DNA of 64,000 nucleotides from Anaerolineae bacterium (GTDB taxonomy: Bacteria; Chloroflexota; Anaerolineae; Aggregatilineales; J027), in the NCBI GenBank assembly GCA_008933735.1, contig WBUL01000002.1, positions 209,937 through 273,936 on the forward strand. The letters run 5' to 3'. Shown in pieces: positions 11,177-20,380 of this stretch. How positions within the stretch are numbered: the first letter of the stretch is position 1; each line of letters starts with the position of its first letter. Below the pieces are notes generated by a model. That model made no database searches. It had not been told where the DNA came from and saw only the letters and a list, made by a program, of their open reading frames with translations. The translations under genes and the position numbers were made by a program.

Positions 11177-11204
11177 CTGAGACTTTGTTCTGTGATGTTG
11201 AAAA

Positions 11205-11282
11205 TCAGCATCCAGCACGAAGCACGCCACTCATTCGGGAGGGCTTTGTGCACTTCTTAAAGGTACTGACATTCAAGATCAT
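11205..11282 (-). CDS. putative lysine-operon leader peptide 1, MILNVSTFKKCTKPSRMSGVLRAGC
   Basis: KKxxK placed 12-26 nt before the antiterminator arm; starts just after TAGAAT (11292-11287), so possibly leaderless. Confidence 0.55.
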   Translation of the reverse strand: MILNVSTFKKCTKPSRMSGVLRAGC

Positions 11283-11286
11283 CGAG

Positions 11287-11314
11287 ATTCTACCGACAAT
11301 TTACTCAAGTCCAA
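11287..11314 (-). promoter_or_regulatory. putative sigma70 promoter of the lys operon leader
   Basis: TTGGAC-N16-TAGAAT; the -35 match is weak. Confidence 0.4.
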
Positions 11315-11414
11315 GATAAGGATAAGGAAACAGAGGGGAACTCGTCAAGGCAGATGTTTGTGAAAAATTACAAAATTAGGATAATCTTGATGCATGGGAG
11401 GATAACGAAACGCA

Positions 11415-11786
11415 ATGAAGAAGATTCTCCATGCCTGTGTGCGCTTCCGCCGCCCCAGCGACACCAATAATGAAGACAGCGGTCAGGAACATATCAATGG
11501 TACGGCGGATGAACTGGTGGCCTTTTTTGAGGTGAATGGACAGTCCAATGACTGGCCCACTACCCGCGAGGCTTTCCATCGCAAACGGATTGATTTTAAT
11601 GAGCACCTGACCATCTATCTGTATTACTTCCAGGATTTAACAGAGGAAGAGCTGGAAAAAGCCTACCGAAGCAAGCTCGGCCACTTCCAATGGGAACTGG
11701 CGCAGACGAAGGATGACACGCTGCCCGACATTTACTATGAGATAGAAGGTTATTTTGGGGAGTCAGGGCTCGCCCAGAGAAAATAA
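11415..11786 (+). CDS. hypothetical acidic protein (123 aa)
   Basis: GGAGG RBS; ORF fills the intergenic gap; no recognised motif. Confidence 0.65.
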   Translation: MKKILHACVRFRRPSDTNNEDSGQEHINGTADELVAFFEVNGQSNDWPTTREAFHRKRIDFNEHLTIYLYYFQDLTEEELEKAYRSKLGHFQWELAQTKDDTLPDIYYEIEGYFGESGLAQRK

Positions 11787-11815
11787 AACAGGGGTTGTTC
11801 ACCCCTGTTGATTTG

Positions 11816-14014
11816 TCAGAGCTTTTTTATGTGGTCAATCAGGCGCTGCACGTGCCTGTAATTCTGGCTGGCAGGCGGTCGAGCAGGCGGTGCTGGGAAA
11901 CGCCGACGGAAAGGCGACCCACCGCGATTGTCCCCCAGAACACGGAACACTGGCCCCTGAGGCTCAAACGGCAGTTTGCCATCCCCAGGCAGCAGGAAGG
12001 CATGTTCCCGGTCAACGGACAGAACATCAATTTCCCCGTCTGTAACAATCAGAATCGGGGCTTCCTTTGGAAAATCCTTTGCGTTGAGCAGCAAATCCAC
12101 ACTGGGCTGCAAAATCGTGCCGCCGCGTCCCCAGATGCGGTAGGGTTTCTTTAAGTCCTCCACCGGGATAAACCCCTCGTCATACGGCTGGGTATCGCAC
12201 ATCACAAATCGCACCCTCCGGACGCCATGTCGCTCCGAAAAAGCGACCACCGCCGACAGCCCTTTTTGCAGGAGTTCATGACTCATTGAGCCAGATGTAT
12301 CCAGGATCACGCCAAAAGTAGGCGAATGCAGCTCAAGGGGCGACATCCCTGGTCGTGGTATATCGGGTGTGGAAGATTGGCGCCGGCTGATACGGGCATA
12401 ACTGCGACGGGGCGGCTTGGGTGTGAACTGCAAGTTGAACCATTCCGCCAGTTCCGCTTTCCATTCAGGAACCTGCACCAATTCTTCGGCAACTGCCCGT
12501 AAATCCAGTTCCTCAATCAGACCGCCGGGCAGGTAACCACGCCCCAACCCATTCCCTTGATCCTCCATCATCCGACGCGCCGCATTCTGCGTATGCTGCC
12601 GCACCGTTGTCCGGAAGGGGAAACGCCGACGAATCTGCCCATTTCCTGGCTGGTAATCCGGATCAAGATCAAGGAGATCCCCCAACCCCTTACCCCGGAA
12701 GGTCAACTGGTCATTGCCGCCATTTTCTATCAACTGGTCGTAAATCGTTTCCGAATCCAGTCCGGCATATTCCTCTTTGTACAGACCTCCTCTGGGGGGC
12801 AGGGTTCCAACACCCATCTGCACAAGCCAGTTATTAATGACATAGTCGCAGGCAATGTTCCATACGAATGCATCACGGTTACCCTTGCGCTTCTGATGCT
12901 CCAGAACCACATGCAGTATCTCATGCGCCATGACAAACCGCCATTCCAGTTCGGTCATGTCGGCTTCCAGATTTACAAATATAATCTGGTTGTTCGCATC
13001 CACCGCCGCGATATTTACATCAAATTTATCCGCATTTTCGTAATCAATCGAGAATTCTGCTGCCGCCGCACTTAACAGCGGGAAATTATCTTTAAACCAC
13101 TGGATAGCACGCGCCGGAGGGGTATCAAAATAAGGTTCCCTGGCGCGGATATTCGGCGCCAGCGATTTGACTTTATCCAGCGCATAGGCAGACCGAAAAT
13201 TCACCAGCGATGAAGTGGTTGTCACCAGCACATCCCAGGTCAACGGACCAGCCGAGGTGCGCCACTGCTCTGGCAGCGGCGGCAAACCTTCCTCTCGCCA
13301 CTTTTTTAGAAGCTGATTCGCGGTAGGGATGGGTTCCGTCTGGTTGCCTGGCGCGGGGCGCCCAAATCGGAACGGCGAAAATCGTGATACGGGTGAAATA
13401 GCCTGAAAACCGCGCGGCGGCACGAGCCCTGCCGTCACGGTCACATGCTGGTTAACCACCATCTCACAGGCCATGACCCACAAATCAACATCTTCGCAGT
13501 CAGGAGGCGGGTCAACATACCCCAGCGCCAGATGATAGATCAGGTGCAAGGTTGTAAAGTACCATTTCTCATAAATCGCCCGCTTGTGAGGCTGCACCCG
13601 AATAACCCCGTCCGTTGTAATGTACATATAGCTGGTACGAGGCTGGTCGGTATTGTAATCCAGCTCAAAGTCAACCATCTGCCACAGGCTGGTCAATTCG
13701 CGGGGCAGATTGCGCGGCTGGTACAGCGTTCGCATACTTTCCACAAACCGCCAGCCCGGAATCAAAGGGGGTGGCTGACGCACCGCCGGAGATTCGGGGG
13801 GCGGCGGGGTCGGACTGAGAAAGCCGGGGCGTGTTTTCTGAAAACTTGGGAAAACTGGTGGCTCCTCGTTGGCATCCAGATCAGAGTGGATGCTGTCACG
13901 ATCACGAGACCTCGCAGCGCGATAGCCTTTGCTGAATTCTTCCGGTTTGGGGCGCTGCCGCAGCCCAAACGGACGCCGCAGCCCAAAAAGAGAACGCCCT
14001 AATCTACTGGTCAT
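11816..14014 (-). CDS. DUF2201-like metallopeptidase + VWA domain protein
   Basis: AHEILH (HExxH), WNIACDYVIN, MIDAS DTSGS, GRGGT, VTDG; AGGAGG RBS before ATG 14014, overlapping the AAA gene end. Confidence 0.85.
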   Translation of the reverse strand: MTSRLGRSLFGLRRPFGLRQRPKPEEFSKGYRAARSRDRDSIHSDLDANEEPPVFPSFQKTRPGFLSPTPPPPESPAVRQPPPLIPGWRFVESMRTLYQPRNLPRELTSLWQMVDFELDYNTDQPRTSYMYITTDGVIRVQPHKRAIYEKWYFTTLHLIYHLALGYVDPPPDCEDVDLWVMACEMVVNQHVTVTAGLVPPRGFQAISPVSRFSPFRFGRPAPGNQTEPIPTANQLLKKWREEGLPPLPEQWRTSAGPLTWDVLVTTTSSLVNFRSAYALDKVKSLAPNIRAREPYFDTPPARAIQWFKDNFPLLSAAAAEFSIDYENADKFDVNIAAVDANNQIIFVNLEADMTELEWRFVMAHEILHVVLEHQKRKGNRDAFVWNIACDYVINNWLVQMGVGTLPPRGGLYKEEYAGLDSETIYDQLIENGGNDQLTFRGKGLGDLLDLDPDYQPGNGQIRRRFPFRTTVRQHTQNAARRMMEDQGNGLGRGYLPGGLIEELDLRAVAEELVQVPEWKAELAEWFNLQFTPKPPRRSYARISRRQSSTPDIPRPGMSPLELHSPTFGVILDTSGSMSHELLQKGLSAVVAFSERHGVRRVRFVMCDTQPYDEGFIPVEDLKKPYRIWGRGGTILQPSVDLLLNAKDFPKEAPILIVTDGEIDVLSVDREHAFLLPGDGKLPFEPQGPVFRVLGDNRGGSPFRRRFPAPPARPPASQNYRHVQRLIDHIKKL

Positions 14015-15329
14015 TTTTTGCATCCTCCTGATCATCGGAAGGTGCGCGGCGGAATGCTCCAAACCGTGAGCGCACGGTTCCCGCCTCATCATTGTCATTT
14101 TGACCACCCGGACGGCGCAGTGACGGACGGAACGATGTCGATGGTATCGTATCATCGTCATTCTGGGTACGGCGGAACAAGCTGCCAATACGTGATGTAT
14201 TGTCCTGATTGGGCGCAGCAGGTGGCTGAGGGCGCCCAAACCGAGACCCTGCTGGCGGCGTTAACCCTGTAAACGGGGTAGGCGGCGGCGGTTCAGGGAT
14301 CTGGAGTAAATCGTTCCACAGCCGCGTGATTTCATCGATAAACCACTTTGGCAAATGATCTTCGTTTTCTGGCGTGATGAAATACCGCACCAATTCCATA
14401 TCATGCTGAGCAGTTTTTTCCAGCAGTTCAATTGCCTGAAGCGCGATCCATTCGGTTTCGCCGTTGAGATTCTCGGCCTGACGCGGCAGGTGATCGATCA
14501 GATGCGCTCGCACGCTGGCAAGCATAAAGGTCGCCTCTTCGTAGTTGTCGAAGGGGATTTGCTCTTCACCGCTTAAAATCTGTTCCGGTTTATAGGGTGC
14601 CATCCAGTTACGGGCAAAGGCAGCATACTGCCCTGCGTGCTGCGGTGAAAGACACCCGGAAGCCAGCACCTGAATCATAGCTGGAGTAAGATCCACAGCC
14701 CAGCTATGCAGCGCATCGCTCAACATATGCCACGAGCGGGGTGTCGTGAAAGGCATATCATCCTGCGCTTCGGGCGCCAGCAGTTGGTCAGGGCGCATCT
14801 GGATATACTGCAAAATGCTGCTGTGAATGTTACTGCTGCGGCCCCATTCAAGCCATTCTTCCGTATTCACTTCCAGCTCAACATGGATCAGGCGGTTGAC
14901 GAGCGCTGACGCAATCGGGCGAGCCAGCGCTTTGTCCTGTTTGCGGTTGCCCGCACCAATGACAATCGAGCCAGAAGGCAAGCGATATTCACCAATACGG
15001 CGATCATGAATCAGACTATAAAACGCTTTCTGAACCTCCGGAGTGCACGCATTGAGCTCGTCCAGGAACAGCACATACGGTTCAGAACGCGCAATCATCG
15101 TCGGCGGGCAAAAACGGCTCTTGCCATCAATAATCTGTGGCACGCCAATTAAATCTTCCGGTGCAAGTTGTGACCCCAATAACGAGACACATTCTAAGCC
15201 AATCGACATGGCGAACTGCTCAACCAGAGCGCTCTTACCGATCCCGGGCGGCCCCCAGATAAATACAGGGCGTACCAGAGCCACACTTTTCAGCAGTTTC
15301 AAAAGTTCACTTGGGGTGACGGTTAGCAT
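14004..15329 (-). CDS. MoxR/dynein-related AAA+ ATPase
   Basis: Walker A GPPGIGKS, Walker B LFLDELN, AGN, ALVNR, TPRSW; disordered C-terminal tail. Confidence 0.9.
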   Translation of the reverse strand: MLTVTPSELLKLLKSVALVRPVFIWGPPGIGKSALVEQFAMSIGLECVSLLGSQLAPEDLIGVPQIIDGKSRFCPPTMIARSEPYVLFLDELNACTPEVQKAFYSLIHDRRIGEYRLPSGSIVIGAGNRKQDKALARPIASALVNRLIHVELEVNTEEWLEWGRSSNIHSSILQYIQMRPDQLLAPEAQDDMPFTTPRSWHMLSDALHSWAVDLTPAMIQVLASGCLSPQHAGQYAAFARNWMAPYKPEQILSGEEQIPFDNYEEATFMLASVRAHLIDHLPRQAENLNGETEWIALQAIELLEKTAQHDMELVRYFITPENEDHLPKWFIDEITRLWNDLLQIPEPPPPTPFTGLTPPAGSRFGRPQPPAAPNQDNTSRIGSLFRRTQNDDDTIPSTSFRPSLRRPGGQNDNDEAGTVRSRFGAFRRAPSDDQEDAKNDQ

Positions 15330-15504
15330 AGATAAGTGGCACCTTTAAACTCTATGGTCGTACTATGATTGTCGGTTGCTCAGGTATCTCCGTCAATGTG
15401 ACGATAGTCCTACGATTTTCCTGTTCGCGTCAGACAACCATTACTCCTATAATACAACTAATAAAGATTTGCTGCTGAACCCTAGTTTTTGGGAGTATTC
15501 TCGC

Positions 15505-16191
15505 ATGGCGTTTACAAAAGGCGATTTGCCCTATTTATACGAAGACCTGGGGAACTGGACGAAACTTGCTAATGGGATCGAACAGCAGGTTGGCTGGCGC
15601 TACGAAATCTGGCCAACCAGCCGCATCAGTGTACAGGGAGATGAACAGATCATCCTGGTCGAACGAATTTCCCGCCACCAACGGTATCAATACGGAGATT
15701 TCGTGCTGACGGCTCAGGTGGTTGACGAGTGGCAGTACCTTGACCTGCCTGATGCCTCTTACGAAAAGATCACGCTGGGTTATCGGGGCTATTGGGAAGG
15801 GGATGTAAGAAAGCAGGGGCAGGAAGCGTTACAACCAGAAATCGCGATCCTGTTGGGTTTTACCCCGGACTTTCAGACTGTCCCAGCCTATCTTGAAACG
15901 GTCCCGAACGACAGGCTGCCGGAATTGTTCGAAACGCTTCAGACTAAATATGCGGATGACGATTTTCTCGCATTCCATCGTTCCCTACCGATTGAAACGC
16001 CCAAAGATGCCCCCGACACCATGATTGATGCCCAGCGGCGGATGCGAGCACAGACAGGTTTTCGGGTGACCCGAGGACGAGCGGCGGTTTTAGAATATCT
16101 GATGCCACTAACAGGTGTTATCGCTAGTAATGGCGGCTGGCGTCTTCATCCTGACGAAGAAAAACGCCGCGCAGAATTGGGACTCCGTTAA
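15505..16191 (+). CDS. hypothetical protein
   Basis: GGGAG RBS before ATG 15505; ends 2 nt before the NUDIX gene. Confidence 0.7.
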   Translation: MAFTKGDLPYLYEDLGNWTKLANGIEQQVGWRYEIWPTSRISVQGDEQIILVERISRHQRYQYGDFVLTAQVVDEWQYLDLPDASYEKITLGYRGYWEGDVRKQGQEALQPEIAILLGFTPDFQTVPAYLETVPNDRLPELFETLQTKYADDDFLAFHRSLPIETPKDAPDTMIDAQRRMRAQTGFRVTRGRAAVLEYLMPLTGVIASNGGWRLHPDEEKRRAELGLR

Positions 16192-16193
16192 AT

Positions 16194-16781
16194 ATGTCCG
16201 CCAGAAAAGTTGATCTGTTCCGCCGAACGAACATTCTGACACGCCTGTTTTTCACGGTAGAAGAAGCAAGATTGAGGCACGAAAAATTCGACGGCGGCAT
16301 GACCAAACCCATGACACGCCTGTGTCTACATCGCCGGCATGGGGTGGCGGTGATTCTCCATGAAACAGACAGTAACTCTCTTATTTTCACCGAGCAGTTT
16401 CGCTATCCAACCTATGAAAACGGTCCAGGCTGGTTGATCGAACTTCCAGCAGGCATTATTGATCCGGGTGATGATCCACTGGAAACAGTCTGTCGTGAAA
16501 CTGAAGAAGAAACAGGCTATCAGGTCGAAGCCAGCCGCTTCCGCCACATCTACACCTTTTACTTGAGTCCGGGGGGCAGTTCAGAACGAATCTATTTATA
16601 TTACGTCACAGTCACGACACAGGACAAAAAAGCGGAAGGCGGCGGTTTAGAAGAAGAAGACGAAAATGTACGTGTTTTGAAAATGCCCATTGATGAAGCA
16701 CGTGCAAAATTAGACGCGGGCGAATTCATGGATTCCAAAACGCTCGTAGGACTACAGTGGTTTTTCGCCCAGCAAAAATAA
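16194..16781 (+). CDS. NUDIX hydrolase, ADP-ribose/NDP-sugar pyrophosphatase type
   Basis: EQFRYP, ELPAG...CRETEEETG Nudix box, SPGGSSE, DSKT. Confidence 0.88.
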   Translation: MSARKVDLFRRTNILTRLFFTVEEARLRHEKFDGGMTKPMTRLCLHRRHGVAVILHETDSNSLIFTEQFRYPTYENGPGWLIELPAGIIDPGDDPLETVCRETEEETGYQVEASRFRHIYTFYLSPGGSSERIYLYYVTVTTQDKKAEGGGLEEEDENVRVLKMPIDEARAKLDAGEFMDSKTLVGLQWFFAQQK

Positions 16782-16782
16782 C

Positions 16783-16805
16783 AAGCAGGGCGGCCTGCCC
16801 TGCTT
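16783..16805. terminator. hairpin between convergent genes (possible bidirectional terminator)
   Basis: AAGCAGGGC-GGCCT-GCCCTGCTT. Confidence 0.5.
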
Positions 16806-17523
16806 ACGATTCCAGGAGCGCGGCTTCTCGCTTCACTAATGCTGGGACAAGCACCCATTTGGAAAGTTCATAAGCCACTGCGGTAAGCAGCAAGCCTGCA
16901 ACAACATCCAGGAAATAATGCTGGTGGGTAAACATGGTACTGAGGCCGTTGATGGCGGCAAAGATGACACCAGGCCAGAACAGCTTTTTGTTATACAGAA
17001 TATAATAGCAGATCGCCAGCGTCATATAATATACATGGCTGCTGGGCAAGGCGTTGTGCGTTCCGTAGCCTTCATCCCCCTCATGCAGTTCCTCCACCAT
17101 GTTTGCGAAGTATCCGGTTTCTTTGACAGGTTGTTTTTCCACATACGCTGGAATGAGAATCCAGAGAGTATATCCCATCACCATAATCGCAAAAAAGGCG
17201 ACCATGTATTCCCGGAATAGCTCACGCGGGAATTTCCAGGCAGCATATAGGGGAAACAGCGGCATCAACAGAATGCTCATCACATAGGCAACAACAAACT
17301 CCGGGATCAGCGGCAGCTTGCTATCAATGGTCGGTATGTTCGCAGTGAATCCGCCTTCATGAATCTGGTTGATCGGGAAATACAAACATTGAAATGCCAG
17401 CAGGAACACCAAAAGAGGCAGTCGCTGGCGCAGCCCATCACCAAACCAGTCATACGTTTTGATGGTTTTTGACAGCTTTTCATAATTTGGGTTTCGGATG
17501 AGATTGATCACTACATCCAGCAT
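16804..17523 (-). CDS. PAP2/AUR1-like membrane phosphatase or phospholipid synthase
   Basis: NALPSSHV, HQHYFLDVVAG, multiple TM helices. Confidence 0.8.
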   Translation of the reverse strand: MLDVVINLIRNPNYEKLSKTIKTYDWFGDGLRQRLPLLVFLLAFQCLYFPINQIHEGGFTANIPTIDSKLPLIPEFVVAYVMSILLMPLFPLYAAWKFPRELFREYMVAFFAIMVMGYTLWILIPAYVEKQPVKETGYFANMVEELHEGDEGYGTHNALPSSHVYYMTLAICYYILYNKKLFWPGVIFAAINGLSTMFTHQHYFLDVVAGLLLTAVAYELSKWVLVPALVKREAALLES

Positions 17524-17676
17524 AACTTCCCCCTAGCGACTTTGTTCACCTCTTAATACGAAACTGATAGAGGGTGGGTTGCAATGGAAATTGTAAATAC
17601 TTTAATTAATTCTAAAAAATCTTCAGCGTTTCTGCCACATCCATTGGGCAGATTCGTCCTACAACTTTTGCGGGAG

Positions 17677-17703
17677 AAAAAAACGGCTGGACACTGTCCA
17701 GCC
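17677..17703 (-). terminator. intrinsic terminator of amt
   Basis: GGCTGGACA-G-TGTCCAGCC inverted repeat followed by GTTTTTTT. Confidence 0.8.
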
Positions 17704-17731
17704 ATTATCCTCAAATGGTGTGGCAACTGAT

Positions 17732-19249
17732 TTAATCGCCGCTCATGGCAGGAGCACTGATTGTGCTTGCACCTGCTGGGCTTTCCGTTGTGGAACCGGG
17801 AAGGGGGAGAACATCAGGCCAGATGCTTGCGCCATGCTCATAAATATCAATCCCGACCACATCAGCCGTCGGGTGAACACGCAGACGATTGATCGCCTTG
17901 AGCGCCCCAAACATGAGAACTGCGGTCACGGCAATAAAGGCTACTGTTGCGGCTGAACCCATAAGTTGGATGATGATCAAATCGACACCACCGCCCAACA
18001 GCAGCCCGCCATTGCCCGCGGCATCACCAAAAGTCAGCTCCGGCTGACCAAATAGACCAATTGCCAGCGTGCCCCAGATGCCACACACACCATGCACAGC
18101 AAACGCCCCCACCGGATCATCAATTCTGATCCGCTCAATCGCGTCTACGGCCAGGATAACCAGCACACCCGCTGCTGCACCGATCACAACTGCCGCCCAC
18201 GGCATGACAAACGCACAGCCTGCTGTGATTGCGACCAGCCCGGCCAATGAACCGTTCAGGGTAATGCCCAAATCCCATTTGCCCGTCCATCCCCACTGGA
18301 AAAACATCGCTGACACACAGCCCGCCCCCGCCCCAAGGGTCGTGTTCAGGGTCACCAGACCAATCAAACCTGTGTTTCCGGTGCCTAGAGTCGAGCCAGG
18401 ATTGAAGCCATACCAGCCAAACCACAAAATCATGGTGCCCAGCGTGGCATACGCCAGGTTATGAGCAGGTGGCATCTCTCCCCATTTGGGACGATTGGCA
18501 CGCGGCCCCAGCATCCACGCACCGACCAGAGCAGTCACACCGCCAACCGTATGGACAACAGTACTGCCCGCGAAGTCGTGGAAACTCCGGTCAAAAAGCC
18601 AACCACCGCCCCAGACCCAGTGAACAATCACTGGATAAGTGAAGGCTGCCATCAAACCCGTGTAAATCAAATCACCGATGAAGTCTGTACGTTCCGCCAT
18701 CGCCCCGGTGGTGATGGTGCTGGCCGTTGCTGCAAACGCAAACTGAAAGAAGAAGAAAGTCAGCACCGCCAGATTCGGGTAAGCGACATCCGGGTTCGCG
18801 TCAGCAATACTGGGGAAGCTGATAGCACCGTTATCGATTTCAACGGCCTTATTCAGGAAAAAGTTATCCGTACCAAGAATGCCGCTTTCATCCGTTCCAA
18901 AAGCAATGCCAAAACCAACTGCCCAGAAGATGATGGCCGTTAAACCCGCGTCAATGAAGTTTTCCAGCAGCGCATTGACCGCTCCTGTATGACGGATAAG
19001 ACCGGTTTCCAGGAGTGCAAACCCGCACTGCATAAAGAATACGAGGAATCCTGTTGCCAGCACCCACACGGTATCCACAGACACCAGCACACTACCCACT
19101 TGCGCTTCTAATGCTGTCGTATCTGTCTCAACAGCTTCCTCAGGGGCAGTTGTATCTTCCTGAGCGTGAACCGAAACCCCAAAGACCGCTAGCAGTAGCG
19201 AAGCCACTGCAACCACCGCTAAACGACGCCACAACTTTTTCCGCCTCAT
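17732..19249 (-). CDS. amtB: ammonium transporter (Amt family) with signal peptide
   Basis: FFMQCGFALLE, GAMAER, DFAGSTVVH, WFGWYGFN, DDPVGAFAVHG; both pore His present; CAGGAG RBS. Confidence 0.95.
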   Translation of the reverse strand: MRRKKLWRRLAVVAVASLLLAVFGVSVHAQEDTTAPEEAVETDTTALEAQVGSVLVSVDTVWVLATGFLVFFMQCGFALLETGLIRHTGAVNALLENFIDAGLTAIIFWAVGFGIAFGTDESGILGTDNFFLNKAVEIDNGAISFPSIADANPDVAYPNLAVLTFFFFQFAFAATASTITTGAMAERTDFIGDLIYTGLMAAFTYPVIVHWVWGGGWLFDRSFHDFAGSTVVHTVGGVTALVGAWMLGPRANRPKWGEMPPAHNLAYATLGTMILWFGWYGFNPGSTLGTGNTGLIGLVTLNTTLGAGAGCVSAMFFQWGWTGKWDLGITLNGSLAGLVAITAGCAFVMPWAAVVIGAAAGVLVILAVDAIERIRIDDPVGAFAVHGVCGIWGTLAIGLFGQPELTFGDAAGNGGLLLGGGVDLIIIQLMGSAATVAFIAVTAVLMFGALKAINRLRVHPTADVVGIDIYEHGASIWPDVLPLPGSTTESPAGASTISAPAMSGD

Positions 19250-19514
19250 TGGTATCTCCTGCCTGACAGGGCAAATCATGTGTTATAGAAGATAGTCTAT
19301 AGGTAAATTTGCACAGGCTTTTGGTATTTTTTCTAGCTTTGATGAAAGAAATTTGGGTCAAATGCACGATTGTTTTACTGCCCCGTAATAGGCCTGTGCA
19401 GCTTTAACATATATCCGGGCAGAGTGGCTGTAGCAGGCTGAACAAGCACTGGCACAGGGGATCATTCACGATACCGCCACCTAGCGCCTGTGATGCACTT
19501 GGGTGTGGTGATTT

Positions 19515-19606
19515 CCCCCTCACCCTGCTCCCCTACGGCGAGCCGTCCCTCTCCCACGCACGCAAGGAGAGGGACAAAAAGCGTCTCTGCTTGGGGGATG
19601 AGGGGT
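19515..19606. repeat. nested palindromic REP-like element
   Basis: Outer arms CCCCTCACCC...GGGATGAGGGG, inner arms GTCCCTCTCC...GGAGAGGGAC; resembles the CCCTCTCCC/GGGAGAGGG interspersed repeat type; one copy in the window. Confidence 0.55.
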
Positions 19607-19717
19607 AAAAAGTGCATAACACGCTTTAGCGCTTTTCATGTTGATTGACTTGAACAATCATGCCCGTCTATATTTTCTGAAGTCTAATTGATTTATCCAC
19701 AACTCTTTTGCTTATAT

Positions 19718-20380
19718 TCATGAGCCTTTAAGAAAGCGCAAGACCGCTTCAACGCGACGGTGCTGCCCAGGTTTCTGTCCAATGTCCAGTTTGCCATAAA
19801 TTGAATTGATGTGATTTTCAACGGTACTTTGCTCAATCGCCAGGGTGTCTGCGATAGCCTGATTGTCCAGCCCGCGTGCCATTTCCGCTAAGATGCGTTG
19901 CTCCCGTTTCGTCAATTGATTCAATCCGGAAACGGCGGTTTGCAGCAGTCGTTCAGCCAGCTGGGGGTCCAGCACAAGCTGTCCCGCGATTACCGCTTTG
20001 ATCGCCTGTACCAGTGTTTTTATATCTCCAAGTGTGCTTTTGAGCAGGTAACCTTTTCCGGCGGAGTCACTTCCAAGAAATTGGTGAACGTAAGCAAGAT
20101 CATCGTATTGAGACAGCAGGAGAAGAGCGATGGCCGGCTGATGTGCCCGAACGCGCTGAGCGACTTCGATGCCATTCATACCAGGCATATGAATATCCAG
20201 GAGCAGAATGTCAGGCTGCAACTCGTTCTGGAGTTGGAGCGCCTCCAAACCATCTTTTGCCACTCCGGGTACTTCCATGCCGGGTTGTGATGTTAAAATT
20301 CGGCGGATGCCCTCGCGCAGATATTCCTGGTCTTCAGCAATCAAAATTCTGATTAATTTCGGTGATTCGTCATTGTCCAT
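19718..20380 (-). CDS. NarL/LuxR-family response regulator
   Basis: AED, LLDIHMPGMNG, GYLLK, LTKREQRIL...STVENHINSIYGKL. Confidence 0.93.
   Translation of the reverse strand: MDNDESPKLIRILIAEDQEYLREGIRRILTSQPGMEVPGVAKDGLEALQLQNELQPDILLLDIHMPGMNGIEVAQRVRAHQPAIALLLLSQYDDLAYVHQFLGSDSAGKGYLLKSTLGDIKTLVQAIKAVIAGQLVLDPQLAERLLQTAVSGLNQLTKREQRILAEMARGLDNQAIADTLAIEQSTVENHINSIYGKLDIGQKPGQHRRVEAVLRFLKGS

Noticed and set aside
10980..11330. Lysine riboswitch or T-box upstream of lysW
   Set aside because: No AGAGGUGC-type lysine aptamer start and no T-box UGGNACC bulge seen; leader peptides with terminator/antiterminator pairs explain the region. An Rfam scan was not run.
14014..14239. Long N-terminal extensions in the ORF track (VWA, hcs, lysU, lysX, SCO, nosD, response regulator)
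   Set aside because: They overlap upstream genes; downstream starts with an RBS or stop/start coupling fit better.
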